34,985 nt of DNA from Jimgerdemannia flammicorona (Eukaryota): NCBI GenBank assembly GCA_003990765.1, contig RBNJ01000264.1, positions 1-34,985 of the forward strand, given 5' to 3'. Within the stretch, counting starts at the first letter, position 1. The number at the start of each line of letters is the position of its first letter. This document shows positions 23,877 to 34,700 of this stretch, one piece after another. The position numbers and the translations under genes are program-made. The notes under the pieces are model-generated. The model searched no databases, had not been told where the DNA came from, and saw only the letters and a list, made by a program, of their open reading frames with translations.

Positions 23877-24330
23877 TATTCTACTGAGCTGCAAGCTATA
23901 GAGGAATTCTTTGACAGTATTCAAAGTATTATATAGACTCATCTATTACAAATTTTATACTTTAGAGTCTACCAATATTATGCTAAGTTTCAAAAGTACT
24001 TCAAGTTGGAAAAATTACTAAATAAAAAAGACATGACTAAAGAAGAATAAATTGCAAAGTACCAGATATTTTACACTCAGATTACTATAGCTAAGTAAGT
24101 CTATAAACTATTTAAAAATAATAAGTAAGCTTTAGTCTATTTCTAAAGAGAATATAATTGAGCAGATTATATAATATAAGAATATACAATTGATCAAAAT
24201 ATAGAAGTTTAAATAAGATGATTCAGAAGTGAAATAACTTATTTAAAAAAAAGTTATAATAATTGATCTAAATTAAAAATAACAATCAAAAGATAGATAT
24301 TGATTGTAGTATCTAAATCTAATTTTTAAT
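23877..24330 (+). pseudogene. Degenerate ORF resembling the accessory ORFs of elements A/B/C
   Basis: One frame: ...QKYFKLEKLL...YTQITIAK*VYKLFKNNK*ALVYF*REYN*ADY. Stops are revertible by transitions. The host element is not identified. Confidence 0.4.
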
Positions 24331-24954
24331 ATAGTATAACATTATAGTTTAGCAGTTACTTAATCTCTCAGTTATATAATTTGTATAATTATATAAAAAG
24401 TATAGATATATAGATATATTGATCTCTCAACTATATGAAATAACTTATAGAAAAAGAAGTTTTAACTTAACTACTATATAGCTAGTAAACCTATATAAAT
24501 ATATATCTTTAGTATATATTGTAATATAGTGGACATATGTATAACTAGAGAAATGCAGCAGATTTCTATAACTCTTCTTGACTTCTCAGAGTCATAAGTA
24601 ATATTTATCTAATCTCATTATCAGACTATCAGAGTGAGGTTCAAACTTTTTAACCTAAGGTTTATTCACTTTAGATACTGAAATATTTATATAAGTTTGC
24701 TAGCTATAAAGTAGCTAAGTTATGACTATATTTCTTATGAGTCACTTTTTATAAGTATAGATTCTCTATATCTGTAAAATCTCTATATTTGTAAAGTTTC
24801 TACATTTGTGAAATAATTGTAATCATATATCTATTTCCTATTTCTATTTTATACTATATATTACATCTTTCTCCTAAATAGATTATTTTTGATGTAAAAA
24901 TACCTATTCAAATTTCTACATCTCAATATTTATATATTTGTTCTCTCTATATAG

Positions 24955-26479
24955 TATCATATAGTGATTGCTGAGTCCTTCAAATATATCAGATTCTCTT
25001 CAAAGTATATCTCTTAGACTAACTCAAGTTTATTATAAGTAAGTTCTTATTAGAGTATCTTCCTAAGATCTTATAGTTCTCAAACTTCTTATCTTTAAAC
25101 TGTCTAATTATCTCTTAGATTGCTTATGTGAAATTGAGGATAAGTAAACTTGACTGACTTTATTTTGAAGGAAATAAGAGAGGTATTTATATAAAATATA
25201 ATTCAATAATTGCTAAGATATAAAGCTAAATATAAATTCCAATAACCAAATAAAATACTGGAACATAGAAAACTACCAAGTTCTAGTATTAGTACAGATA
25301 GTTGCACAAGTTCAGGATACTGGTATAATTTTGGTGATATAGGAAAAGAGTGCTGGAATAATTCTGAGTCATATAAGGTCAGAATGCTAGTAGAGGAATA
25401 GCTATTATACAGAAAAAGAATGCTGGTATAATTTAGTATATATAACTAAGGGACTTAGAGTAAAATGTTCAAGACCATAGGAGCTTCATCCTTATTATTG
25501 CTAAAGGAGATGAGATCTGCAAACATTTCAGTCTCATTATATAGATTGCACATTTTACATATATTGCACAGGATGACATCATCACTGATGACATCATCAT
25601 ATTTGACAGTAGCAGGGAGAGTGAGGAGATCTGAGACTCTTCAGTCTATAAGGTTCTTTTCCACAAAATAGAGAATAAATATAGAGTCTTGGGGAGGTCT
25701 GATCTAAATGCTGGGATCTTAGAATGTGGAGATCAATCTTTGCAGGAATTGATCTGGGTTGTCCTGGAGAATAGGATATCAGAACTCTTCTATCTCATCA
25801 CTATTGAGGGTAATAGTAGACTGGGCTTTTGTTACCACTCTGGCTTCTAGTATATTGATATAGCAGACTAACAGATCTCTAAAGTCTGTGACTCTAGTAT
25901 ACTCTAAGTTGGGGATCAATCATAGTGCATACCTGAAGATCTGATGAATCTTCTTAGCTATCCTTATTTTATATATATCTATAGGAGTGGTATCTTGTAA
26001 CTCTTGAGGGCTGGTCTGTAGGAACTCTTGATAGAGAAGATTTTCTATTTTATACTCCTGCCACATTTGGAGGTATTCAGTAGCAATGGTAATCCTTATT
26101 TCTATTTCACAGTAGTAGAGAATATAATAATAAGAATCTCTAATATCTAGGTTGAGACTAGGAGTTCTTCTTGTGTAAGTTCTCATAGCTCTTCTGATAT
26201 CTTGAAACATCCTTTCTTCAACTGAGAGGTCTTAGTGGTTCCTTGATCTTGAGGTTTAGTAAGCAGCAGGTATTTTGTTTATAGTAAGTTTTTGAGTTAT
26301 TTTGAGATTGGTGGGTCTTATTGAGTTACTGCTACTATGGTTCCTTGATCCTTCTTTTATATTCCTCAAGATGCCTATACTATGGTCATAATGACTTACA
26401 GTTGGTCATCATTACTCATCTCATAGTCTGGGTGAGTCATACTATATGATCTTCTTGTACTCTGATCATCACTGTTACA
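24955..26479 (-). repeat. 3' LTR of element C (1525 bp)
   Basis: TATCATA...TGTTACA, adjacent to the PPT. Has a ~45-bp deletion near 26465 relative to the other two copies. Confidence 0.9.
25455..26273 (-). pseudogene. LTR-internal accessory ORF, copy 2 (273 codons)
   Basis: Start mutated to ATA at 26273. The supplied ORF 25920..26210 is part of this frame. TAA at 25455-25457. Confidence 0.7.
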
Positions 26480-26489
26480 TCTTTCTCCT

Positions 26490-29400
26490 AAATAAGAATC
26501 TTCTTAAATATCCTTATTCATTAGTCCAGTTCTGAAAAATTTACTGATCCCATAACCTCTGGCAGGAGGTTGAAAAGTGGTATTTATGGGCTGACATCTT
26601 CTCTATATATTTTGATATAATGGTGAAGGATCACTCTCTTTATATAGAGCAAGGGTCTAATTCTGATCTTGATCAATCAGTTGATGGTTCAAACTCCTCT
26701 GGCTTCGAAAGTCTTATAGATAAATAGTTGCTGGTGCCATATCTCTTAAAGAATAGTCCAGACAGATTGCCTGCTAGTTATGGAATATGCTGTTATGATT
26801 TGCAGACTAGAACCTCATGGGCAGTCATTATATTTTACTTCTCTTATATAGGTTTATGGTACTTCTTGAGTCTGTTTCTGTATACTGTGGTAGGCAGTAT
26901 AGTCTCTATAAGTTTTTTTAGCCAGAAGATAGTTCTTTTGATATCTTATACATAGAAGAGTCCTTCTCATTTAGGCTCCAGTTTTTGCAACCATGAGGCT
27001 TCTACTATATTTTAATATAGTAGGACCTTTTTTCTGATTTATATAGATTCTAGAGTCTTGTAATTCTTTTCTGCATTCTTTCTCATCAGCACTATAACTT
27101 GATGATGTAATCTTCAGCCTTCTTCCTGATTTGGTATAGTCTTTGGATTTCTGAGTCAACCTGTCTCTAAGTTAGGTCTAGATTTGTAGCTGAGGTTCCA
27201 TCAGAATCTTCTTCTCTAAAGAGCAGTTCTCTTGGAGTAAAGTGTATACTCTGTGATCATATGTCTTATAGGATAGAGAGGATAGTTGGGAGGTAGTTAT
27301 CCTAATTTTTATATGTGTCTGAGATCTTCACTAGGATGTTCTTGAGAGTCTTATTAATTCTCTCTATCTGTTCATTTCCTTGAGAGTGGTATACAGTGGT
27401 CTTGATGTGCTGAATCTTATATTTCTAATATATTATCTCATAAAATCTATTGACAAATTCTGTGCTGTAGTCTGTAGTGATTTGCTTTGGTATCTTGTAG
27501 CAGCAGATGATTTCTCAGTATAAGAAGTCAGTTATGGAGAGGACATTGGCTTCTTGTAATATTCCTGCTTCTATCTATTTGGTAAAGAGGTCTACAATAA
27601 CTATAATATAGTGATTTTCTGATAGTATTACTAGTAGTAGTCCAATGATATCCATTGTGATGTGGTGGAAGGAGATAGGCTCAATTCTTAATGACCTGGG
27701 TATCTGGTCTTGCTGATCTTATTTCTGTTTTTAGTACTTATCACACTCTTTGACAAATTAGCACAGGTTTTCTTCTATCTTGGGCCACCATATAGTTCTT
27801 CTTGCCTTATTATATATATTGATTCCTCCTAGGTATCTTTGTTCATGTACTTCCTTCATTACTTGATACTTCTTGTGTTTGGATATTACAAGCTTTTCTC
27901 TTTTTCTGAGTATAGTATTGTCTAGTTCAAACTATTTCTAAGTCTGGTTGATGATGGTGATTGTCCAGGGTTTAAGGTGGTTAGACATCTTCTACTGCCC
28001 AAGATAGCTGATTAATCTATAGTATAACTCCTTATTCATATTGAATAGCCTTAATGAGGGTATTTTAGGGTGTCCTTAAAAGTACATCAGTATTGGTATT
28101 GGTTCTTCCTGGGTGGTACTTGATAGTACAGTCATACTCTTGCAGTCTATAAATCTATCTGGTATATATTTCTTTGAGGTTCAGAGTGTAGAATAGCCAG
28201 ATAAGAGCAGAATGATCTGTTTGAATAGTGAAGTATTTCTCAGCTAGGTAGTAGTGGAACTTATCTACTGTCCAAACTACTACTAAGTATTTAAGCTTAT
28301 ATGACTTGTAGTTCTGTTCTGCTCTATAGATACCTCAGCTTATATAGGAGATGACATATTCATATTCATCTTTCTTCTGAGCTAGGACTGCTCTAAGTCC
28401 TATAGTACTTATATCTATCTACAAGATGAACTCTAGGTTCCAATCTGGTCTTCTGAGGATGAGTGCTTGGGTCAACCTGGTCTTGAGTTCATTGAAGGTT
28501 TTTTAGCATTTTTTGGTCCATTTGAATTTGGTCTCCTTCTTCAGTAGCTCATAGATAGATGCTGCAATATTGGAGTATCCTTTGATGAATCTTTTGTAGT
28601 AGGAGGTCAGTTCAAGAAAGGCATGGACTTTCATAGTTATTCTGGGTCTTAGGTAGGCTACAACAGCCTCAATCTTTGTGGATTCTGGTCTGGTTGATGA
28701 GGTATCCTAGGTAGGTAATTTCCTGAGCTACAAACTTATACTTCTTAGACTTGATGTAGAGGCCATACTTCTTGAGCTTCTTGAGGGCCAGCTATATATA
28801 GTTGATATGTTCTCATATAGTATTGCTGAAGATAATCACATCATCAATATAGACAAAGAGCCATTTTTCAATTTCATTACTGAAGACTCTGTTCATCATT
28901 CGCTGAAAACTTGCTAAGGCATTATACATTCCAAATGGCATTTGCAGATAGATATAGGTAGTATTAGATATAATGAAGGCTGATTTCTCACTGGCATCTT
29001 GAGTGAGACCAATCTGATAAAAGTCTGAGAACAGATCCAAGGTGGTGTAGTATTTGGCTTTACTTCCAAGAGTGGTAAGAATTTCTTGAATATTAGGTAA
29101 GGGCTGTCTATTCTTCTTGGTGATTGTATTGAGCTTTCTGTAGTCAATATAGAGTCTTGGGGCAAACTCTCCAGGCTTGTTTCCTTTCTTTGGAGCAAGG
29201 ACAATGGGTGAAGCCCAGAGACTGATAGCTTGCTTGATGATTCCAGCTTCTTTTATTTCCTTGAGTTCTGCTTGCAGCTATTCTCTATAGACAAGTGGTA
29301 TAGGTCTGGTTTTCTGATAGATGGGCTTGATATTACTGGTGTCAACTTCATTGTAGTACTTGGGTTCTTAATTGTAGATATCTCTGAAGTCTGTAGCAAG

Positions 29401-32100
29401 TACTTCTTCATTCTGGTATAGAATCTTAAGAAGTTGTTCTTCCAGGAGAAAGTTTTTTCCAATGGTATATGTGTGCTTATTCTGATTCTTGTCTTTCTTG
29501 TACTCAAGTTTGGTAATCTTGGTGGTAGCATAGGCTCCTCTTCCAGTAGATCCAAAGCCTTGTTCTCCTCTCTTGGTCTTAATGAGTTTAATGGCTTCAG
29601 TAATCTTGGGCTTCTTGATTTCATGGATCAGCATCTGGTCAATCCTGTCATACTTCTTGACTTCAAATGGGGTGGTGGGGTTGTGATTCCTGACTATGAG
29701 GAAGATCTCATCAGTATAATCAGATTCAATTACTCCTCCTTTAGCTGAGATTTTGCTTTTGGCCAGACTGCTCCTATCTTAATAATTCCAGTATAGATCT
29801 CTGGCAACTTGACTCCAATTTCAGTACCAAGTAGAGTGGTAGTCTGTAGTTCAAGGATAACATCTTAAATGCTAGCAAGGTCCATTTCTATGACTCCTTC
29901 AGTCTTATATTCTAGGATCTTAGCTTCAGGATAAAACTTCTTAACCTTGAGAGTGATGTCTAGTTCTTGTTCCTCCTCATCATCACTGTTAGCTTGAAGC
30001 TCTGGGGGCTGGTCATCTTCTTTGGCTTTCCTTTTTGCTTTAGCAGCTTCTTGCTTATACTTCTATTGGCAGATTTTCCTGACTTCACTGATATAGGACC
30101 AGCAGTCATTCAGGTGTTCAGAGTAGTATCCTAGTACCATGGGGGCATCTTTCTTGAGGAGTATAGCCATTGATGATCTTATTGTACCACTGCTCATCTG
30201 TGAGCTTGGGTGTCTTATTCTTGTTTTTATTCACCAAGTACATGAAGACTTCTGTGTTCTCTTCATCTCCTTTCTTCATATCTAGTAGAACTTCTTTGTG
30301 GACATTGATAGAGACTTGTACCTTTCTTCCTCTATAATTAATCTACATCTTCTGAAAATTGAGGTCAATGATGGTCTTGGCCTTATGAAGCCATTAGTTA
30401 CTGGTGAGGATGTCATAGTTAGTGGTACTTGTAATAATCACATCTACTGGAATGGTAGCTCCTCTTATCTTGATGAAGACTTCTTGGATTTTACTAAGGG
30501 GAGTAGCTTGTGTACCATCTGCTGTAATATAGACCATCTTGGTAGACTCTTCAATGTCTCAACCTAGGCAGTCAATTGCCTTCTTGCTTATGAGGCATCC
30601 TCCAGCACTAGTATCAATGATGACATCAAAGATACAATCTTCAATCTGATATAGAGTATAGGCTGATGTTTTGCACTGGTCTTCAGGTTTTTCACCTGAG
30701 TCTTCTTGATTATCTTTTTGTATATTGTGAGCTTCTATAATCTTATAATCTTGATTCTTGGCAGTAGTTGCAAGTCTTACTCTCAACTGTTATCTAAAGA
30801 TAGGGACTTTGGCTAGTTATCCAAAAGTAGCATTGACCTTCTGTTCCTTGAGGTCCTTATAGATATCATACTGGTAGATCTTAGTCTTGTACAACTTCTA
30901 TTCCTTCTTGCTTTTACTTTCTTCTAAGACTAGAGTAGTACCTTCAATAATTTGACAGGCAGCTTTATCTAACTCTATATCTTGATCAATCTCCTTAAGT
31001 TGGGTCTTACTTTAGATAGTGATAGCTGGAGTCTTCTTCAGTCTTCCAACTGGCTTACTGTTGTTCTTCTTGTCATAGAACTTGGACTGGGTTCTGGTAC
31101 CTTCAGTAGTAGAGTAGAATTTAAGCTCTTTATAGTATTCTTCATCATCAGTATCATCAATCTCCTTGATAACTACTATATTAGTTTGTTCTTTGGTTCT
31201 GGTAGTATTACTTAGTTGGACTTTACATCTTATTTTAGTTATATAACTCTTTGTATAGTAGCCTTCTTCTTCATATATAAAGTATGTAATATTGCTTTCT
31301 TCTATAGCAGCTGCAAATCTCTATACTGGTCTTCTGTTGGTACTTCAGACTTCTCTAACAATATCACTAAGGTATGCAGTCATCTTAGCAAACTATGTAC
31401 TTGGTGAGTTCCTCCACTAGGTTAGCTTTGGCTGCCTTGGGGATAAGTGGGAATATTTGTCTGTTTACAACTATAGTAGGTATGATACTAGTTGGCTTTG
31501 ATGGCTCCATCTTGATGCTAGTTATTTTCTCTATTGAGTGTTTGGCAGAATATCAGACAGTCCAATATCTCTATGCAAAGACCACTTTCTGATCAAGAGT
31601 CAGTGCAGCTAGGGTAGATTAGATTGCTAGAGCAATTTCAGAGTAAACTCCTTTAAAGAAGGTTGAATCTGCTATTTGTTTCTTGAGGTGGTCATCATAG
31701 TCAGCCAAGATAATCTGGTGGCAGATTTAGGTATAGAATGAGTTGGGATCTTCACTAAGTTCCTGGCAGATAGTGTTGAGTTGATCCTTGAGAGCTTGCT
31801 TGATTACTTCAGTATAATATATAGTTCTAATGAAGGTCTTCATGTTGACAAGTCTGGCTACACTAGCATCACAATGATGACTATATTGAACTTATCTCTA
31901 GCAGGTCCTCTGAGGCTGACTGATAGAAGGGCCAATTGTACATCTACATTGAGGGCTTGTATAGTGGCAAATTGTTCAAAGTTTTCAATAAAGGTCAGGA
32001 TTGACTCTTCAGTAGTATATCCATAGAATGTAGGGGGATGTATTTCTATCTTATCTTGAATTCTTATAAGAGTAACTCTTGTAGTCAGAGTAGTTGTTAT
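26490..32100 (-). pseudogene. gag-pol polyprotein of element C (many stops, a few frameshifts)
   Basis: Approximate domain order: gag 32100-30800, PR 30680-30300, dUTPase 29957-29542, RT 29400-28500, RNase H 28480-28060, IN 27900-26850. Confidence 0.88.
29542..29957 (-). pseudogene. Trimeric-type dUTPase domain within pol
   Basis: All five motifs are recognisable: (AG)MDL, RSSLA, GVIESDYT(G)EI, DRI(A)Q and RGEQGFGSTG. One 1-nt frameshift near 29778. Confidence 0.9.
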
Positions 32101-32373
32101 GGTGGTTGTTCATTTTTTAGTTTAAAAGTAAGGAATTCATCTTGAATTACCAATCAATGGATACCAAGTTATTACATAGTAGTCACTAAGTTCTTCAAAT
32201 ATGTCAGATTCTCTTCAAAGTATATCTCTTAGACTAACTCAAGTTTGTTATAAGTAAGTTCTTATTAGAGTATCTTCCCAAGGTCTTATAGTCCTCAAAC
32301 TTCTTATCTTTAAACTGTCTTATTATCTCTTAGATTTCTTATAAGGAATTGAGAGTAAGTAAACTTAACTGAC

Positions 32374-32408
32374 TTTATTTTGAAGGAAATAAGAGAGGTA
32401 TTTATATA
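32374..32408 (-). promoter_or_regulatory. LTR core promoter / poly(A) signal (TATATAAATA at 32408-32399, AATAAA at 32379-32374)
   Basis: Motifs are conserved in all three LTR copies, ~210-240 bp from the LTR 3' end. This places the LTR ORF in U3. Confidence 0.55.
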
Positions 32409-32663
32409 AAATATAATTCAATGATTGCTAAGATATAAAGCTAAATATAAATTTCAATAACCAAATAAAATACTGAAATATAGAAAACTGTTAAGTTCCA
32501 GTATTGACACAGATGGTTGTATAGGTTCAGAATACTGGTATAATTTCAGTAATACAGAAAAAGAGTGCTAATAATTCTGAGTCACATAAGGTCAGAATGC
32601 CAGTAGAGGAATAGCTGTTATATAGGAAAAGAATGCTGGCATAATTCAGTATAACTAAGAAAC

Positions 32664-33461
32664 TTAGTGCAGAATATTCAGAACCATGAGAGCTTTATCT
32701 TCATTAGAGGTCAGAATGTCTTTGAAGGAGATAAGATCAGTTTTGTCATATATTTTACATATGTCACATAAGATGATATTATTGCTGATGATGTTATCAT
32801 ATTTAGTAGTGGGGAAATCAGAGGCTCTCCAATCTATAAAGTTCTCTTCTACAAAATAGAGAACAAATATGAGATCTTAGAGAGGTCTGACCTAGATACT
32901 GAGGTCTTGGAATATGAAGATCAATCCTTATAGAAATTGATCTGAGTTGTTCTGGAGGATGAGATATCAGAACTCTTCTACCTCATCACTATCAAGAGTA
33001 ATAGTGGACTGGGCTTCTGTTGCCACTCTGGCTTCTAGTACATTAATATGATAGACTGACAGATCTCTGAAGTTTATGACTCTAGTATACTCTAAGTTGG
33101 AGATTAATCATAATATATGCCTGAAGATCTGATAAATCTTCTTAGCTGTCCTTATTTCATATATATTCATAGAAGTAGTATCTTGTAACTCTTAAGGACT
33201 GGTCTGTGAGAACTCCCAGTAGAGAAGGTTTCTTATTTCATACTTCTGCTATATTTGGAGATATTTAATAGCAATAGTGATCCTTGGTTCCATTTCATAA
33301 CAGTAGAGGATAAAGTGATAAGGATCTCTAGTACCCAGGTTGAGATTAGGAGTCCTTCTTATACAGGTCCTCATGGCTCTTCTAATATCTTAGAACATCC
33401 TTTCTTTGACTGAGATACCTTAGTAGTTTCTTAACCTTGAGGTTTGGCAAGCAGCAGGCAT
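32664..33461 (-). pseudogene. LTR-internal accessory ORF, copy 3 (266 codons, no frameshift)
   Basis: Runs ATG CCT GCT GCT to ...AAT ATT CTG CAC TAA over 798 nt. Every internal stop is TAA/TAG/TGA, revertible by a single transition, and most are sense codons in another copy. TATAAAAG lies upstream at 33549-33542. Confidence 0.75.
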
Positions 33462-33721
33462 TTCATTTGTAGTAAGTCTTTGAGCTATCTTGGAATTAGT
33501 GGGTCTTGTTGAGTTGCTGCTACTGTGGTTCCTTGATCCTTCTTTTATATTTCTCAAGATACCTATACTGTGGTCACAATGACTCATAGTTGATTATTAT
33601 TACTTATCTATAGTCTGGATAAGTCATACCATATAATCTTCTTGTGCTCTGATCTGGTGACTTATAAGAAATTACTATCTCTTATGCTGATGTCATTATT
33701 CTGAGGTCACTATTACAACAG

Positions 33722-33911
33722 ATAGAGTAGAGAGAGAATTGGGATAGCTGGAAGAATAGTAGTATTCTAGAGAAATAGAGAGAAGAAGAGAAGAGACCTC
33801 TCAGAAGATTGAGTGAGGGGAGTCTATATTGATATAATATAAATTGGTAATCAGATAATAAAGTGGAAGTCTAAGTAACTATAAAAAAAAAAATAATAAT
33901 AATAAAAAAAA
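33722..33911 (+). mobile_element. Short 3' fragment of a LINE related to 19406-22441, with a degenerate A tail
   Basis: GATAATAAAGTGGAAGTCTAAGTAACTATAAAAAAA versus GATAATAAATTAGAAGTCTACAAGACTATAAAAAAA at 22393-22441. Upstream ATTGGGAT...AGTAGTATT also match. Confidence 0.75.
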
Positions 33912-34700
33912 AGAGATCTACTTTAATATATACTAATAAAAAGATAATTAAGAAATTATAAGATTTTAGAGACTGAATGAGATAGTTGAAAGACTGAAGT
34001 CTAGAGGTTAGTGAGTTTATTAGTATTATTTTATAAAGTAATATATTTGACAAGACTATATTTTATAGTAGTCTAAAATACTATAAATATTAGAATAATT
34101 ATTCATAATTATAAGAATAAATTTGAAATCTTTAATTCTGCCAAAATGTAAATAGATATAATAATTATCAGCACAATATAGAATATTACAAATTGAGTGA
34201 AAATTATTAAAAAATATACTTAAATAAATAAATAAATAAATAAATAAGATATTAAATCAATTATTAAAAAGAAGTCTTATATATATAAATCTACAACTAT
34301 TTTATTTTGAGTACATATAAGTCTATTTATTTGAATATATTTGAATATATATAAGTTATAAGCTAAAGCTATTAAAGTTGAATTTCTAAAAAAAATCTTA
34401 GTTCAAACTATATAAAATAAATCAAATTAAATTTTACTTTGTTTAATATAATAATAATAATAATATATTAAATATTTTAATTTTAATTTTTATATTAAAT
34501 AATTATTATAAATTTTATACAATATTATAAAATATATTATTTCCATTTTAGAAATTATAACTAATAGCCAAAATTTAACTCAACTTTATAAAAAATTCCT
34601 CTGAATTTATAACATTATTAAATAAATAAGTAAATATTTCTATAAAACCCATTTTTTATTTTTTATTTTTTATTTTTTTTATGGTGTTCTATACTTTTTA
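33912..34700. other. Extremely AT-rich, CpG-free, unassigned decayed repeat sequence, including (TAAA)n near 34221-34246
   Basis: Composition matches the mutated TE block and no diagnostic motif was recognised. CpG reappears at ~34763. Confidence 0.4.

Larger units (their letters stand above)
24955..33717 (-). mobile_element. Full-length but inactivated Ty3/Gypsy LTR retrotransposon (element C): gag-PR-dUTPase-RT-RNase H-IN with 1.5-kb LTRs
   Basis: LTRs at 24955-26479 and 32170-33717. PBS-like TGGTATCC at 32166-32159, PPT at 26480-26490, 4-bp TSD ATAG (24951-24954) / ACAG (33718-33721). gag PPTFYG...FIENFEQFA...LRGPA (~32050-31900), protease IIDTSAG (~30610), RT MDLFSDFYQI...MPFGMYNA...YIDD (29040-28830), RNase H and integrase in Gypsy order. 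Confidence 0.93.
32170..33717 (-). repeat. 5' LTR of element C (1548 bp)
   Basis: TATTACAT...TATTACA, followed on the minus strand by ACT and the PBS-like TGGTATCC. Confidence 0.9.

Noticed and set aside
30745..30780. CNYC as a gag CCHC zinc knuckle
   Set aside because: It lies out of the polyprotein frame (which reads RVRLATTAKNQ) and lacks the downstream H and C.
29230..32026. Plus-strand ORFs within element C
   Set aside because: Antisense frames of gag-pol with no independent motifs.
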